A DNA stretch of 60,523 nucleotides from Candidatus Methanospirareceae archaeon (GCA_049975405.1 JBNGDK010000006.1:1-60523), one strand, 5' to 3'. Shown: positions 17,835 to 27,855, counted from the first letter of the stretch. Numbers and translations: made by a program. The notes: generated by a model from the letters alone, not told the origin.

Positions 17835-18086
17835 ATGAAATGGATAGAGCTGCAGAAGCGGATCGCCGAAAAGGGCGTAAGCATTTTTACCGTCTCAGAA
17901 TTCAAGAGTATGGCGGATCTCTCTGAGACTGCAGCCCAGAAAATTCTGGAGCGCTACACCAAAAGAGGCCTGTTAACACGGTTGAAGAAGGGCATGTATT
18001 TCGTCTCTGACAATCCACCCTCCTCGTTCTTTATATCAAACAGGCTTTACAGTTTGGTGCAAAATGATATCCTCAGAGACTATTAA
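17835..18086 (+). CDS. AbiEi-type antitoxin / wHTH regulator (short form)
   Basis: GVSIFTVSEFKSMADLSE..AQKILERYTKRGLLTRLKKGMYFV matches the AbiEi N-terminal domain pattern. Overlaps the downstream toxin ORF by 23 nt. Confidence 0.55.
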   Translation: MKWIELQKRIAEKGVSIFTVSEFKSMADLSETAAQKILERYTKRGLLTRLKKGMYFVSDNPPSSFFISNRLYSLVQNDILRDY

Positions 18087-18782
18087 GGATTTCGCACGTA
18101 AGTATCAGACTACTGAACTGAATATTGCCAGGGAATATATCCAGAATCTATTCCCCAGTTATTTTTATCAGCAGGATACGTCAGAAGATATTCTTTTCAA
18201 AGGCGGGACTGCATTAAAGTTACTGCATCAAAGTCCACGCTATTCGAGGATCTAGATTTCTCAAGCACACTCACGGCAGAACAGAATATTAGAAACATAA
18301 TCGATAAAACCCTAATTGAGGTAAATCGAGAAGGGGTAAACCTTAGATTTACTGAGTCAAAATCAACTTCCGGTGACTATCCTGCCATCATCGAGGGCAC
18401 TGTTGGAGCGTGGGATATTCGTATACTCATTAACGTGTCGTCCAGATCTCAGGAGATAGAAAAGGAAGTTGTCATGGTTACCAATCCCTTGAACCCTTCC
18501 TATCTCGTTTATTCGCTTCATGAGGATCAGATGGTACAGGAAACGATTAGTGCACTTCTTACACGGAAGAAACCGAGAGATTTCTTCGATCCCTATTTCA
18601 TACTCAGAAAAGGAATGTCAAGGAACGTGGTTGCGTCATACAAAGCGGAACTATTACGTGAAATCAAAAATATAGATGATAAAGCAATAAGCACTGAATT
18701 GAAGCTGTTCCTTCCTCGAAGTTACTGGCCTGTTCTGAGGGACTTCAGAGAACGCTTATTAAAGGAATTGGAAAGACGCTAA
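18064..18782 (+). pseudogene. AbiEii/AbiGii (DUF1814) nucleotidyltransferase toxin, disrupted by one frameshift near 18247
   Basis: Frame 1 reads ..REYIQNLF...ILFKGGTALKLLHQSPRYS and stops at 18253-18255. Shifting one nt gives EDLDFSSTL..., which stays open to 18782 and joins ORF 18435..18782. RYSEDLDFS is the canonical family motif. Confidence 0.65.
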
Positions 18783-18811
18783 ACAGCTTTTGATCTTATT
18801 ATCTATGCCCT

Positions 18812-19240
18812 TTACTGCACAAACGTTTGGATTACCTCTTTCAGCTCACGGTGATCTGAATACGCCCTGCACACCACGCCCGCCTTGCCGCGTATGTACG
18901 CGGAGATCTGGTCTTCGTACTCACGTTTATACACCGCCAGTACAGGAATCTTGAGATGAACGGCATCGGCAATTTCCGCACCCACGCCGAGGCTCGGGTT
19001 CGTTATCTCCGCTACAACAAGGTCTGCTTCCTCCAGCCAGCGGTAATCGCGATCATGAATCTGCTGCTCTGAGAACCTAAACTCGCGCTCCATAAAGTTC
19101 ACTTGTGTTTGATGCCGGCTGATGAGTTCCAAGCCCAGCTCCTCGATTATATCGAGAATCTTACGTAATTCTGCTTGTTTCACCCTGCTGTACCCGCCAC
19201 GCATGGAGCAGGAGAAGAAAACGCGTCTGGTGCGGTTCAT
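18812..19240 (-). CDS. Nucleoside 2-deoxyribosyltransferase-like / DNPH1 (Rcl)-like N-glycosidase family protein
   Basis: VFFSCSMRGG......DRDYRWLEEADLVVAEIT.PSLGVGAEI pattern of the family. Confidence 0.65.
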   Translation of the reverse strand: MNRTRRVFFSCSMRGGYSRVKQAELRKILDIIEELGLELISRHQTQVNFMEREFRFSEQQIHDRDYRWLEEADLVVAEITNPSLGVGAEIADAVHLKIPVLAVYKREYEDQISAYIRGKAGVVCRAYSDHRELKEVIQTFVQ

Positions 19241-19463
19241 GATATGGTACGAAGAAGATACATGCGGCTACAAAAAAAGGAAGTGGGATCTGCACAGGTA
19301 CACGCACTGGCAGCTAGCGAGGAGAAATACCGTGAAATTACGCGTTTCTGCCCGACTTGGTCTATAAGTTGCTGCAGTTCGCGTCCTGAAGTGTTACTAC
19401 TTATTATGATCTTTTTGGCGACGGCGGTCTTTCTTAGAAAGAGAGCACGAGAAAACGCAAGTA

Positions 19464-21398
19464 ATGCCGACCAAAGTAGAACTGCTATCACCCGTCGGGA
19501 GTCCGCGGTCGCTTCAGGCCGCCGTCGAGAACGGTGCCGACGCCGTTTATTTCGGCGTGGGCACGTTCAATGCGCGGCGGCGTGCGGAGAACTTCACGAT
19601 GCAGGAACTCCGTGAGGCTGTTCGCTACACGCACGAGCATGGTGTGAAGGTTTACCTCACCTTCAATATTCTGGTAAAGAATGAAGAGCTCCAGGAGTTC
19701 TTCGGCGACGTTTCAGAAGCTTATTCCCGGGGCATCGACGGCGTTATCATCCAGCACCTCTCGTTTGCTCGTCTGCTTAAAGATACATTCCCGGATTTGA
19801 GGATCCATATCTCGACGCAGGCCACCGTTTCCAACGCGTATTATGCTGATCTCCTCTCAGATGTAGATCGCGTAACGCTGCCCCGGGAGTTATCACTTGC
19901 GCAAGTGCGGGCTTTTATCGAGAAAACTCACCTCGAGACCGAGGTGTTCGTGCACGGGGCGCTCTGCTTCAGCTATAGCGGCCAGTGCTTATTCTCCAGC
20001 TTTTTAGGCGGGCGTAGCGGTAACAGGGGCCTGTGCGCGCAGCCGTGCAGAAAGAAGTACAACGGCAGTTACCAGTTGAGCACCAGAGACCTATGCCTCG
20101 TGCGGCGGATTCCAGACCTCATCGCCGCAGGTATTGCCTCATTCAAGATCGAAGGTCGGCTCAGAAGCCCGCGGTACACTGCGCTCGCCACACGCGTCTA
20201 CCGGCTTGCTATCGATTCTTGCTATAACGGCGAGTTCCGCGTTCCCGAACGGGAGCTCAAAGAACTCGCGCTTGAGTTCAACCGTGACTTCACAGAGGGA
20301 TATCTGTTCGATGCCGCGGACATCATTGCACCAGAGACGCCACGTAACCGCGGCCTCTTTCTCGGCGTGCTTGCTGAGGACAAAACGATTACGCTGCACG
20401 AGCCGCTCGTCGTGGGTGACGGTGTTGGCATCTGGACGAAAGCAGGCATCGATGGTGCGGTGATCAAGGAACTAGAACTCGATGGAACGTCAGTCTCCCG
20501 CGCCTATACGGGGGATACGGTACGCTTGTCCATACGCGCAGCAGCAGGCGATACACTATACAAGACCTCATCAGCCGAGCCGCTGCATTTCGCACCGTTG
20601 CGGCAGCGGAATCCTGCATTCGCCACGCCCGCGCGGGAAAAGCAACGGGTGGCGCTACCCGCGCTGACCCCGCTTGAATCAGACAGCCAGGAGCTTTTGG
20701 TAAAGGTGTATGCAAGAAGCGATGCAGCAGCGGCGTTAGAAGCCGGGGCGACCAGGGCCTTTTACTCGATTTTTGCCGATGATTTCTCCGAGCGCTTGGC
20801 ACTGCCGTATATTCCGCGGATTCTTGCTGATGACGAAGCGGCAGACGCAAAGCATCGAATAGCGGAATCAGGCTCGAAGGCCGTCCTTCTCGGCAATCTC
20901 GGTCTCTTGCCTGCGCTCGAGCGCTCTGGAACTGCGCGAAGAATCTATCTCGAGTATGGTGCGAACATCTTCAACGACCGTGATGTGGCCTTTGTTCACC
21001 GTTATGGGGCAGTCCCTGTGGTCTCACCGGAGCTTACGCTCACCGAACTGGCAGCATTTCGGAGTAAGAACTTCGCCGTGCTCGTACACGGTAGACCGGG
21101 GCTGATGACAACGAAATACCCGCTCCCCTTACAGCCACTGGAAGACGAGAAAGGCTTCGTATTCCCTGTCAGACGCGAATTCACGTACACGCAGATCCTG
21201 AATAGCCGCCCGATAGGGCTCTTCAATGAGGTTCTGTGGCTCTGCGAGGTCGGGATCACGAAGTTCTTCCTCGATCTTACGGACGGCAACGCCGAGAAGA
21301 TCGTCGGGCTGTACCGGGACGTGCTCGCCGGGAAAACCGTGAAGAAGTCCGCGCGACGGAAGCACACCCGCGGACATTTCAGCCGGGGTGTACAATGA
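19464..21398 (+). CDS. Peptidase U32 family protein
   Basis: ELLSPVGS...AV.NGADAVYFGV..FNAR..A.NF....L.EAV.Y.H..GVKVYLTFN is typical of U32. Confidence 0.8.
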   Translation: MPTKVELLSPVGSPRSLQAAVENGADAVYFGVGTFNARRRAENFTMQELREAVRYTHEHGVKVYLTFNILVKNEELQEFFGDVSEAYSRGIDGVIIQHLSFARLLKDTFPDLRIHISTQATVSNAYYADLLSDVDRVTLPRELSLAQVRAFIEKTHLETEVFVHGALCFSYSGQCLFSSFLGGRSGNRGLCAQPCRKKYNGSYQLSTRDLCLVRRIPDLIAAGIASFKIEGRLRSPRYTALATRVYRLAIDSCYNGEFRVPERELKELALEFNRDFTEGYLFDAADIIAPETPRNRGLFLGVLAEDKTITLHEPLVVGDGVGIWTKAGIDGAVIKELELDGTSVSRAYTGDTVRLSIRAAAGDTLYKTSSAEPLHFAPLRQRNPAFATPAREKQRVALPALTPLESDSQELLVKVYARSDAAAALEAGATRAFYSIFADDFSERLALPYIPRILADDEAADAKHRIAESGSKAVLLGNLGLLPALERSGTARRIYLEYGANIFNDRDVAFVHRYGAVPVVSPELTLTELAAFRSKNFAVLVHGRPGLMTTKYPLPLQPLEDEKGFVFPVRREFTYTQILNSRPIGLFNEVLWLCEVGITKFFLDLTDGNAEKIVGLYRDVLAGKTVKKSARRKHTRGHFSRGVQ

Positions 21399-21430
21399 TT
21401 TTTGTCAGGTCGTTACATTCCTTTATCGAA

Positions 21431-22732
21431 CTACGGCACCAACCGCCGCCGATCACGAGGAAAGAGCACCGCTTCTCGCACGTTCTCCAGCCCAAGCATG
21501 GTCATGAGCAGCCGTTCAACGCCGAGTCCCCAACCTGCATGTGGCGGCATACCGAACCGGAAGGCGTTGAGGTAGAATTCGAAACTCTCCGGTGCGAGCC
21601 CTTTCGCTTCGATCCGCTCCTTGAGCAGCTCGTAGGAATGGACACGCTGCGAGCCTGATGAGAGTTCTAGGCGCGGATGCATCAGGTCAAAGGCGTCGCA
21701 GATATCTGTCCCCTCGATCGGCTGTGCATAGAAAGGCTTGATCGTGCAGGGCCAATCTATGATGAAATAGTGCTCGCCAATCGTTTTGCCGATGATATGT
21801 TCATGCGCAGTGCTAAAATCTTCACCCCATTCGAGCACCGTACCCTCTGCTGCAAGTAGGTCTATGGCCTCATCATAGGTGATCCTTCGGAAGGGTGTTG
21901 GGGGTATTTCGAAGTCGAGCGGGAAACTTTTTAAGCCCTGATAGGGCGCTATTTCGGCGTATACGTGTGCAACGAGCGATTCTAAGAGCTGCATGACCTC
22001 CTCCATGGTGACGAAGGCCACCTCGATATCGATTGAGGTCGCTTCGTTGAGGTGCTTCGTGGTGTCGTGTTCCTCGGCACGAAATATGGGTGCAATCTCG
22101 AAGACCGCATCAAGGCCTGCGGCAATGAGCATTTGCTTATAGAGCTGCGGGCTCTGGTTCAGGAAGGCCTCGCGCTCGAAGTAGGTGATGGGGAAGAGCG
22201 CGGTGCCACCCTCGGTTGCCGCACTCACGATCTTTGGGGTGTTGATCTCAACGAAGCCGCGATCGGTGAGGAAGTTACGGACCGCCTTGAGTACGCGGCT
22301 GCGAATAATAAAGATGTGTTTCGTTCGTTCGGTGCGCACATCCATAAAGCGAGCATCGAGCCGTGTATCCAGCTCGGCACCCACTTTGCCGGTGGTATCA
22401 AGCGGCAGGATCGGTGATGCCACGCTCAGAACGTCCAAGTGCGCAGGGATGAGCTCGTAGCCGTTTGGTGCCTTCGGCTCGGCCCTGATAACTCCCTTGA
22501 TGGAGACGACCGATTCGCGCGGTATTTTCCGGCCCTGCTCGAAGAGCTCCTTACCCACAGTGCGCTTGTGAAAGGTCACCTGAACATAGCCTTCACGGTC
22601 ACGGATGATAAGAAAGAAGAGCCCGCCAAGGTCGCGCTTCTCATGCACCCAGCCCGCGATAGTCACGTGTTCGCTGTCACTCGCTGCACTCAGCGCAGTT
22701 GAATATTTCCGATCCGCGACTGATACCTTCAT
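21431..22732 (-). CDS. aspS: Aspartate--tRNA ligase (archaeal type)
   Basis: OB-fold N-terminus (V.IAGWVHEKRDLGGLFFLIIRD). Class II motifs FRAEE...GWGLGVERL..FPRD. Confidence 0.95.
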   Translation of the reverse strand: MKVSVADRKYSTALSAASDSEHVTIAGWVHEKRDLGGLFFLIIRDREGYVQVTFHKRTVGKELFEQGRKIPRESVVSIKGVIRAEPKAPNGYELIPAHLDVLSVASPILPLDTTGKVGAELDTRLDARFMDVRTERTKHIFIIRSRVLKAVRNFLTDRGFVEINTPKIVSAATEGGTALFPITYFEREAFLNQSPQLYKQMLIAAGLDAVFEIAPIFRAEEHDTTKHLNEATSIDIEVAFVTMEEVMQLLESLVAHVYAEIAPYQGLKSFPLDFEIPPTPFRRITYDEAIDLLAAEGTVLEWGEDFSTAHEHIIGKTIGEHYFIIDWPCTIKPFYAQPIEGTDICDAFDLMHPRLELSSGSQRVHSYELLKERIEAKGLAPESFEFYLNAFRFGMPPHAGWGLGVERLLMTMLGLENVREAVLFPRDRRRLVP

Positions 22733-22822
22733 GATCTCTACTTAACGACAGCCATACTTATAGTTGCAGCAAACGGAGCTACTGCGAATTTCGAGACCTA
22801 TACTAGCTACATCGAATGTACG

Positions 22823-24331
22823 CTATTCGAAGAGCAAGCGAGAAAGCACGCTCTTCCTTCTGTCCCCTTCTTCGAGATCCACTTCGTCTGATTTGAACGA
22901 GGGGCGTTGTTGCGGCGCAGCTCGTGCTTCCGCAGCCCGTCCACCATGCTCACTCTTGCGCACACGCACGTCAACCATAATGGGCATCTCGATGCTTGGA
23001 CTGGAGAGCAAGGCAACGCCCTGCGGTATGCGCTTGATCTCCTCCTCGATCTCGCCGCTCATGAACTCCAGGCCGCGGCTCAGCGCTTTGATATCATTGG
23101 GATTTGTTACTTTCAATATGATCTGGGTATTGCATTGTGAAATGACATTCTTATCGATGCGCGCGGGTCGTTGCGAGATGACGAGCAACCCGAGCCCGAA
23201 TTTCCGGCCTTCTGAGGCGATTGTGCGGAGGATATGTGAGCTGATTGCCTGTCCAAAACCGCGCTCTGGGCAGAAGTTGTGTGCCTCTTCGATCACGAGC
23301 ACGAAGGGGGGGATTTTGCCCATCTTTCGGCCTTCAAAAACCTCTTTACAGAGCCGATAGACGATCAACTGCTGTAATTTCGGATCTGCGCCCTTCATAT
23401 CGATGATTGCGGCTTGCCCATTCTTGACGAGCTCATCAATCCGCGTGGGGCTGTCGGAGAGGATACCGGTGTCCCGGATACGCTCGAGGAAGTGGATGAT
23501 CTTCCATCTCGTGGTGCTCTTGCTCTCTGAGACGCCGCTGATAATATCGTCGACGGTGTAGAATTCCTTTCGCGTTTTGATATCGTTGATACACTGATAT
23601 AACACGCCCAATTGCGCGTCAGAGAGTGGGAAGAAGTCGTAGAGCTCGTTGACACTCAAATTGATCCCATCGATGCGGAAGAGCTTATCCGCGGCGGGAT
23701 TGACGGAGAAGTTAGCGGGGGTGTAAATGACCACCTGCGACTCGTAGCCCCTGGGTAAAATCCCGAATTTCTCCATCTGCTTCCGTTCGTCCTCGTTCTG
23801 ATTCTCGAATTTGAGGGAGAGGTACTCGCCGTGTGGGTCGATAATGAGCAGGGGTACATTCTTGTCAAGGAGCTCCTCAATAATGACACCCGCGGTATAG
23901 GATTTGCCCCCGCCCGTTTTGGCGAGGATGCTGCAGTGTTTTTGGATGAGCTCGTCCTTCTTCAGGTAGACCGGTATGTTGCGGCCATCGAGCGTGCCGA
24001 TATGAATGCCGTTGGTTCTGAGCCCGAGGGTGTCCATGACGAAGGTCTGGTCAGCTTTGAAGACCTTGGAATCGCGCGGGAGCGTGCTCTTGGGCTGCAT
24101 GAGGAACCCGCGATCGTCTTTATAGCCGATGATCTCGACCGTCGCGGTCTTTTCCTCGATATCGAGGATAGATACGACGCGCCCGAGGATCCAACCGTCC
24201 AATTCGTTCCAGACTTTGATGTACTCGTTCCGCCGCACATCACCGGAAACGACGAAATCGAATTGGTGCAGCCCCACGTCGCCCGTAATTGTGCCCACTA
24301 CCTTGTACATGGTACCAGTGTCAGATAGCAC
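22823..24331 (-). CDS. HerA-like (DUF87) P-loop ATPase
   Basis: N-terminal barrel-like region. Walker A ILAKTGGGKSYT, Walker B LVIEEAH, ISQRP motif. An alternative start at ATG 24310 (MYKVVG) is possible. Confidence 0.75.
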   Translation of the reverse strand: MLSDTGTMYKVVGTITGDVGLHQFDFVVSGDVRRNEYIKVWNELDGWILGRVVSILDIEEKTATVEIIGYKDDRGFLMQPKSTLPRDSKVFKADQTFVMDTLGLRTNGIHIGTLDGRNIPVYLKKDELIQKHCSILAKTGGGKSYTAGVIIEELLDKNVPLLIIDPHGEYLSLKFENQNEDERKQMEKFGILPRGYESQVVIYTPANFSVNPAADKLFRIDGINLSVNELYDFFPLSDAQLGVLYQCINDIKTRKEFYTVDDIISGVSESKSTTRWKIIHFLERIRDTGILSDSPTRIDELVKNGQAAIIDMKGADPKLQQLIVYRLCKEVFEGRKMGKIPPFVLVIEEAHNFCPERGFGQAISSHILRTIASEGRKFGLGLLVISQRPARIDKNVISQCNTQIILKVTNPNDIKALSRGLEFMSGEIEEEIKRIPQGVALLSSPSIEMPIMVDVRVRKSEHGGRAAEARAAPQQRPSFKSDEVDLEEGDRRKSVLSRLLFE

Positions 24332-24413
24332 TTCGTTCCGATACTTGTAAAATGTTGTGCATCAAGATACACGAAACGAAACTGACGAACGGTCGGGAGT
24401 AGCTTGTACTCGC

Positions 24414-24788
24414 TCAGATTAAGACGGCGTTAACGATCCCTTCTTGACCAGGGCGGCTGGTGACGACCGCATTGCCCAGTTCCGTCTCGATGATCGCGCC
24501 CCTTGTGGTGATATTCCGGCGAGCATAGAAGGGATTCGCCGGGTTCTCTTTCACACTGATAATCTTGACGGTCTTGGTGGTTCCGCTCTTCGGATCGGCG
24601 ACGTTCGCGAATTCCGCCCTGAGCAGGCGCAGTTTTTTGTTACCACCGTGCGTCCGTATCGTACGTCGCCGTGTCTCGCCGATAATCGTGTCTGCCGCGG
24701 GTCGACCAGCCTCGTGCGCGCGCTTCTTCCGATTGCGGTGAAGCCGGCCCCCCGTGGATTTCCGTCTCGATTCACCTTGCCATCTCAT
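24414..24788 (-). CDS. rps8e: 30S ribosomal protein S8e
   Basis: W.G.S.RK.TGG....RKKR..E.GR...T..G......IRT.GGN.K.R.L. Confidence 0.9.
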   Translation of the reverse strand: MRWQGESRRKSTGGRLHRNRKKRAHEAGRPAADTIIGETRRRTIRTHGGNKKLRLLRAEFANVADPKSGTTKTVKIISVKENPANPFYARRNITTRGAIIETELGNAVVTSRPGQEGIVNAVLI

Positions 24789-24813
24789 TGCTTAGCTTTG
24801 CTGACCTCCGAGC

Positions 24814-24975
24814 TCATGGACCCATGAACCCACATTTCTCACAGGTATATCCATTACTTTGTTTCCGGCATTTCACACATCTACCTATCTCATTCTCCCC
24901 GCAATTCGGACAGGGAAAGACGGTAAATCCCTTCTCCAGTAGCTTTACGCCGCAGGACGTGCAGTACTCTCTCAT
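24814..24975 (-). CDS. Zinc-ribbon micro-protein with four CxxC knuckles (53 aa; COG2888/DUF1610-like)
   Basis: Manual translation gives [59 protein letters not shown] lies 6 nt upstream of the ATG. The gene is 25 nt upstream of rps8e and is below the ORF-track cut-off. Confidence 0.75.
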   Translation of the reverse strand: MREYCTSCGVKLLEKGFTVFPCPNCGENEIGRCVKCRKQSNGYTCEKCGFMGP

Positions 24976-25576
24976 ACCATGCTCCTTTTCTCAGTATCTT
25001 TATCTCAGGTCTGCTCGTTTGAGCCGCCGCTTCACCGGTCGCCGTGACGCTCGTGACAGCCACCACCGTAGACGGCATACTATACTTACATGTCCCTCCA
25101 TTTATAAGTACATCTGCATCCAGAACCACCTCTTCAGCGCGCGTTGGTGGTTTCCGGCCCGAGATATTCGCGCTGGTTGCGGTTATCGGTCCTGTTTCCC
25201 CGATAATGCGGAGTGCGATCTCGTTATCGGGGAATCGCACGCCAACGAGATCTGAGCCAGCGGTTAAGAGGTCGGGCACCAGCTCCTTCTTGGGCAATAG
25301 AAAGGTGACCGGTCCGGGCAGCAGTTCAGCAAGCAGGTCCAGCAGCACGGGCTCCTCGAGCACAGCGACGCACTGTAGCATCTTGAGGGAGGAGACGGCA
25401 AGTGGGAGTGGTTTTGAGCGCTCACGCCGCTTGAGCTCGTACACTTTGGCGATCGCTGCTTCTGAGAGCGCGTCGGCACCAAGTCCGTAAACCGTCTCCG
25501 TCGGATAGATCACGGTGCCGCCACGTTTGATCGTCGCGATCGCTGTTTGCATGAGGGTTTCCAATTCTGGCTGCAT
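24890..25576 (-). CDS. tsaC: L-threonylcarbamoyladenylate synthase (YrdC/TsaC domain)
   Basis: [17 protein letters not shown]......VYELKRR...KPL...V. Start set at ATG 25576. The 3' 86 nt overlap the zinc-ribbon gene in another frame. Confidence 0.85.
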   Translation of the reverse strand: MQPELETLMQTAIATIKRGGTVIYPTETVYGLGADALSEAAIAKVYELKRRERSKPLPLAVSSLKMLQCVAVLEEPVLLDLLAELLPGPVTFLLPKKELVPDLLTAGSDLVGVRFPDNEIALRIIGETGPITATSANISGRKPPTRAEEVVLDADVLINGGTCKYSMPSTVVAVTSVTATGEAAAQTSRPEIKILRKGAWYERVLHVLRRKATGEGIYRLSLSELRGE

Positions 25577-25652
25577 TCCTATCTCTGAGTATTCACTGAA
25601 CAGGAGCGAAAGCTCCTTTATTACTCTATCCTGTCTCCGGTATATTACGATT

Positions 25653-26891
25653 ATGGATAGTTCCTCACTGCGGCTAACCGTTGCATTCGGATGCAGGAGC
25701 AAGCACTTTGAGGTCCTACAGCACCCGATTCCGCATATCCTTGTGGATTCGAACAAACAGCTTCACGGCTGGTGGAACGGTATAGAGCCGTATGGTAACC
25801 GTGAATGCACGGCCGAACGGCTTTTGATCAACCCGTATAACGGCTGCAGCCACAACTGCCACTTCTGCTACTCGCATGCGCTGGGCGGCTACTTCTCCGC
25901 GTTCCACGAGCACGGTGTCCTCACGGTATTTCGTGATTTTGATAAACGAATTGCGTCGCAACTGGAGAGCTTATCGATAGCGAGCTGCGGGTATCTCTCA
26001 CCGGTGACCGACCCGTTTCAGCCGATCAACGAGCGCTACGAACTGACGGAGAAGATCCTGAAGGAATTCGTGAAGCGCAATATCCCGGTACAGGTCACGA
26101 CGAAAGGTCGAATTAGCGAGAAAGCGTTGGGATTGCTCAAACAGCAAGAGCACGCGTTCGGCGCGAGCTCTCTGTTAACACCAGACGAAGACAAACGACA
26201 GCATTTGATGACAGGCGGTGCGTCCACCGATGAGCTGGTGCGGAACATTGAGCGGCTTGCGAATGCCGGCATATACGCGGTATGCCGTATCGATCCGGTG
26301 ATACCCTATGTGACGGACAACCAGAGCGATTTAGAGGAGCTGATACAGAATGTGGTGGCCGCAGGAGCACAACATATCATTACAAGCTGTCTGGACATTC
26401 CGGTGGCGATGAAGTATGAGCTCTACAGTGAATTTGAGGCACGGTTCGGGATCTCCAAAAAGGAGTTCACGGACCTGTACACCGAGCGTGTGGGCGGGCG
26501 GCTGCATGCTCACCTGAACTATCGCCGCAAGCTCTTCAGCATGATACGCGCGCTCTGCGACCGAAACAGGGTGACGACGAGCCTCTGCATGGAGTTCGCG
26601 TCAGTGCAAGATAAGCGCGTGCGGGGCTTGAATGCGGAGTTCATGAGCCCAAACCTGGAGAACTGCGAGGGGAGTAACATACCGCTCTACGCGAGAAGAG
26701 GGGAGGGCAAGCGATTTGAGCCCGTCGCGGGTTGTAACGGGAGTTGCCTGCGGTGTTACTCTTCGGACGAAGCGCCGGCATGCGGCATTTCCGACTTGAA
26801 GCAGGCGGGTGCATGGACGTTGCGGGATTACCGGCGCTGGAGTGCAGTGGTGCGAGCACGCAGCGGGGAACAGCGCAGGCTGGACGTTTAA
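25653..26891 (+). CDS. Radical SAM protein (SplB/COG1533-like)
   Basis: NPYNGCSHNCHFCYS CxxxCxxC motif. Start uncertain: ATG 25653 was chosen, and the ORF is open from 25515 but would overlap tsaC. Confidence 0.65.
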   Translation: MDSSSLRLTVAFGCRSKHFEVLQHPIPHILVDSNKQLHGWWNGIEPYGNRECTAERLLINPYNGCSHNCHFCYSHALGGYFSAFHEHGVLTVFRDFDKRIASQLESLSIASCGYLSPVTDPFQPINERYELTEKILKEFVKRNIPVQVTTKGRISEKALGLLKQQEHAFGASSLLTPDEDKRQHLMTGGASTDELVRNIERLANAGIYAVCRIDPVIPYVTDNQSDLEELIQNVVAAGAQHIITSCLDIPVAMKYELYSEFEARFGISKKEFTDLYTERVGGRLHAHLNYRRKLFSMIRALCDRNRVTTSLCMEFASVQDKRVRGLNAEFMSPNLENCEGSNIPLYARRGEGKRFEPVAGCNGSCLRCYSSDEAPACGISDLKQAGAWTLRDYRRWSAVVRARSGEQRRLDV

Positions 26892-26913
26892 AGGTTCTGC
26901 TCCGAAGACTCAA

Positions 26914-27768
26914 TTACTTGATGGCTGTTGCTTTAAAGAAGGTGTAGCAGAAGGTACCATTACGCTCCGTTGTTCGGTAGAGGTCGGTAATTCCGCGTGC
27001 CCAGGTGTCTGCGTCAATCAAGTTCGCGGTGAGTGCGTGGTCACGAACGCCCTCCACCATGGCAATAAAGGTGTTTTTGGTGAAGCCCTCTACCAGATGC
27101 GGCTTGCTCGAATCCACGTAGACCATTCGGGGCTCCACCTGGACGCAGGTGAAACCCGCCCGGGTGAGGAGCGGAAAAAGTTCTCGACCAATCAGTGCAT
27201 TGCCGTTCAGTCGCGCCTGGATTTCGATCAGGCACTGAATGGTCTGGAGCGCTGCACCACTCCGGGGATAGAAATAGGTTGACCCGTGATCGCCCTCGAT
27301 CACCGTGATCGAACCACCGGGTTTGAGCACGCGTTTTAAGCATGCTAATGCAACCAGCGGATCCTGTAGGTGCTCAAGCACAAAGCAGACGAAGACATGG
27401 TCAAATCGATCAGAAGGAAAGGGCAGGGCGAAGAGATCAGCCTGGAGCAGTCTGACGTTCCGGAGCCCCGCGTGCTCAAGCAGTGTTCGTGCATTGACGA
27501 GCGCGGTTTCAGAGATGTCAATGGCCGTGAACTGCGCATCAGGACTGTTCCGTGCCAGATGGATAGTTTGTGCACCGACACCGCAGCCTACCTCAAGAAC
27601 CGCGCTCCCGGGTGGATAGATAGTGTCCTGGTGAAAGAGCTGTGCCAGCGTATTAGCCTGATCGTACAATCTGGTCAACTCGCGCTCGGAATAGCCGTGA
27701 ACATACTCACACTGCAGGGTATTCCGCTGAACTCCCCGCTCCTTTGATCGCATGGTTGTGCTCTCCAC
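26914..27768 (-). CDS. Class I SAM-dependent methyltransferase
   Basis: VLEVGCGVGAQTIHLA...AIDIS motif I / post-I. FDHVFVCFVLEHL. Confidence 0.8.
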   Translation of the reverse strand: MESTTMRSKERGVQRNTLQCEYVHGYSERELTRLYDQANTLAQLFHQDTIYPPGSAVLEVGCGVGAQTIHLARNSPDAQFTAIDISETALVNARTLLEHAGLRNVRLLQADLFALPFPSDRFDHVFVCFVLEHLQDPLVALACLKRVLKPGGSITVIEGDHGSTYFYPRSGAALQTIQCLIEIQARLNGNALIGRELFPLLTRAGFTCVQVEPRMVYVDSSKPHLVEGFTKNTFIAMVEGVRDHALTANLIDADTWARGITDLYRTTERNGTFCYTFFKATAIK

Positions 27769-27855
27769 CGCTCTATTACACCATCAGTGTTAGATCTTTC
27801 AAGGTTATGTAACTGACACCTTTTACTTTGACGTGCGCACCATTTGACATGAACG

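Noticed and set aside
25515-25652. Longer N-terminus for the SplB-like radical SAM protein
   Set aside because: The extension would overlap the tsaC 5' region on the opposite strand and translates to non-conserved sequence. ATG 25653 is preferred, but the true start remains uncertain.
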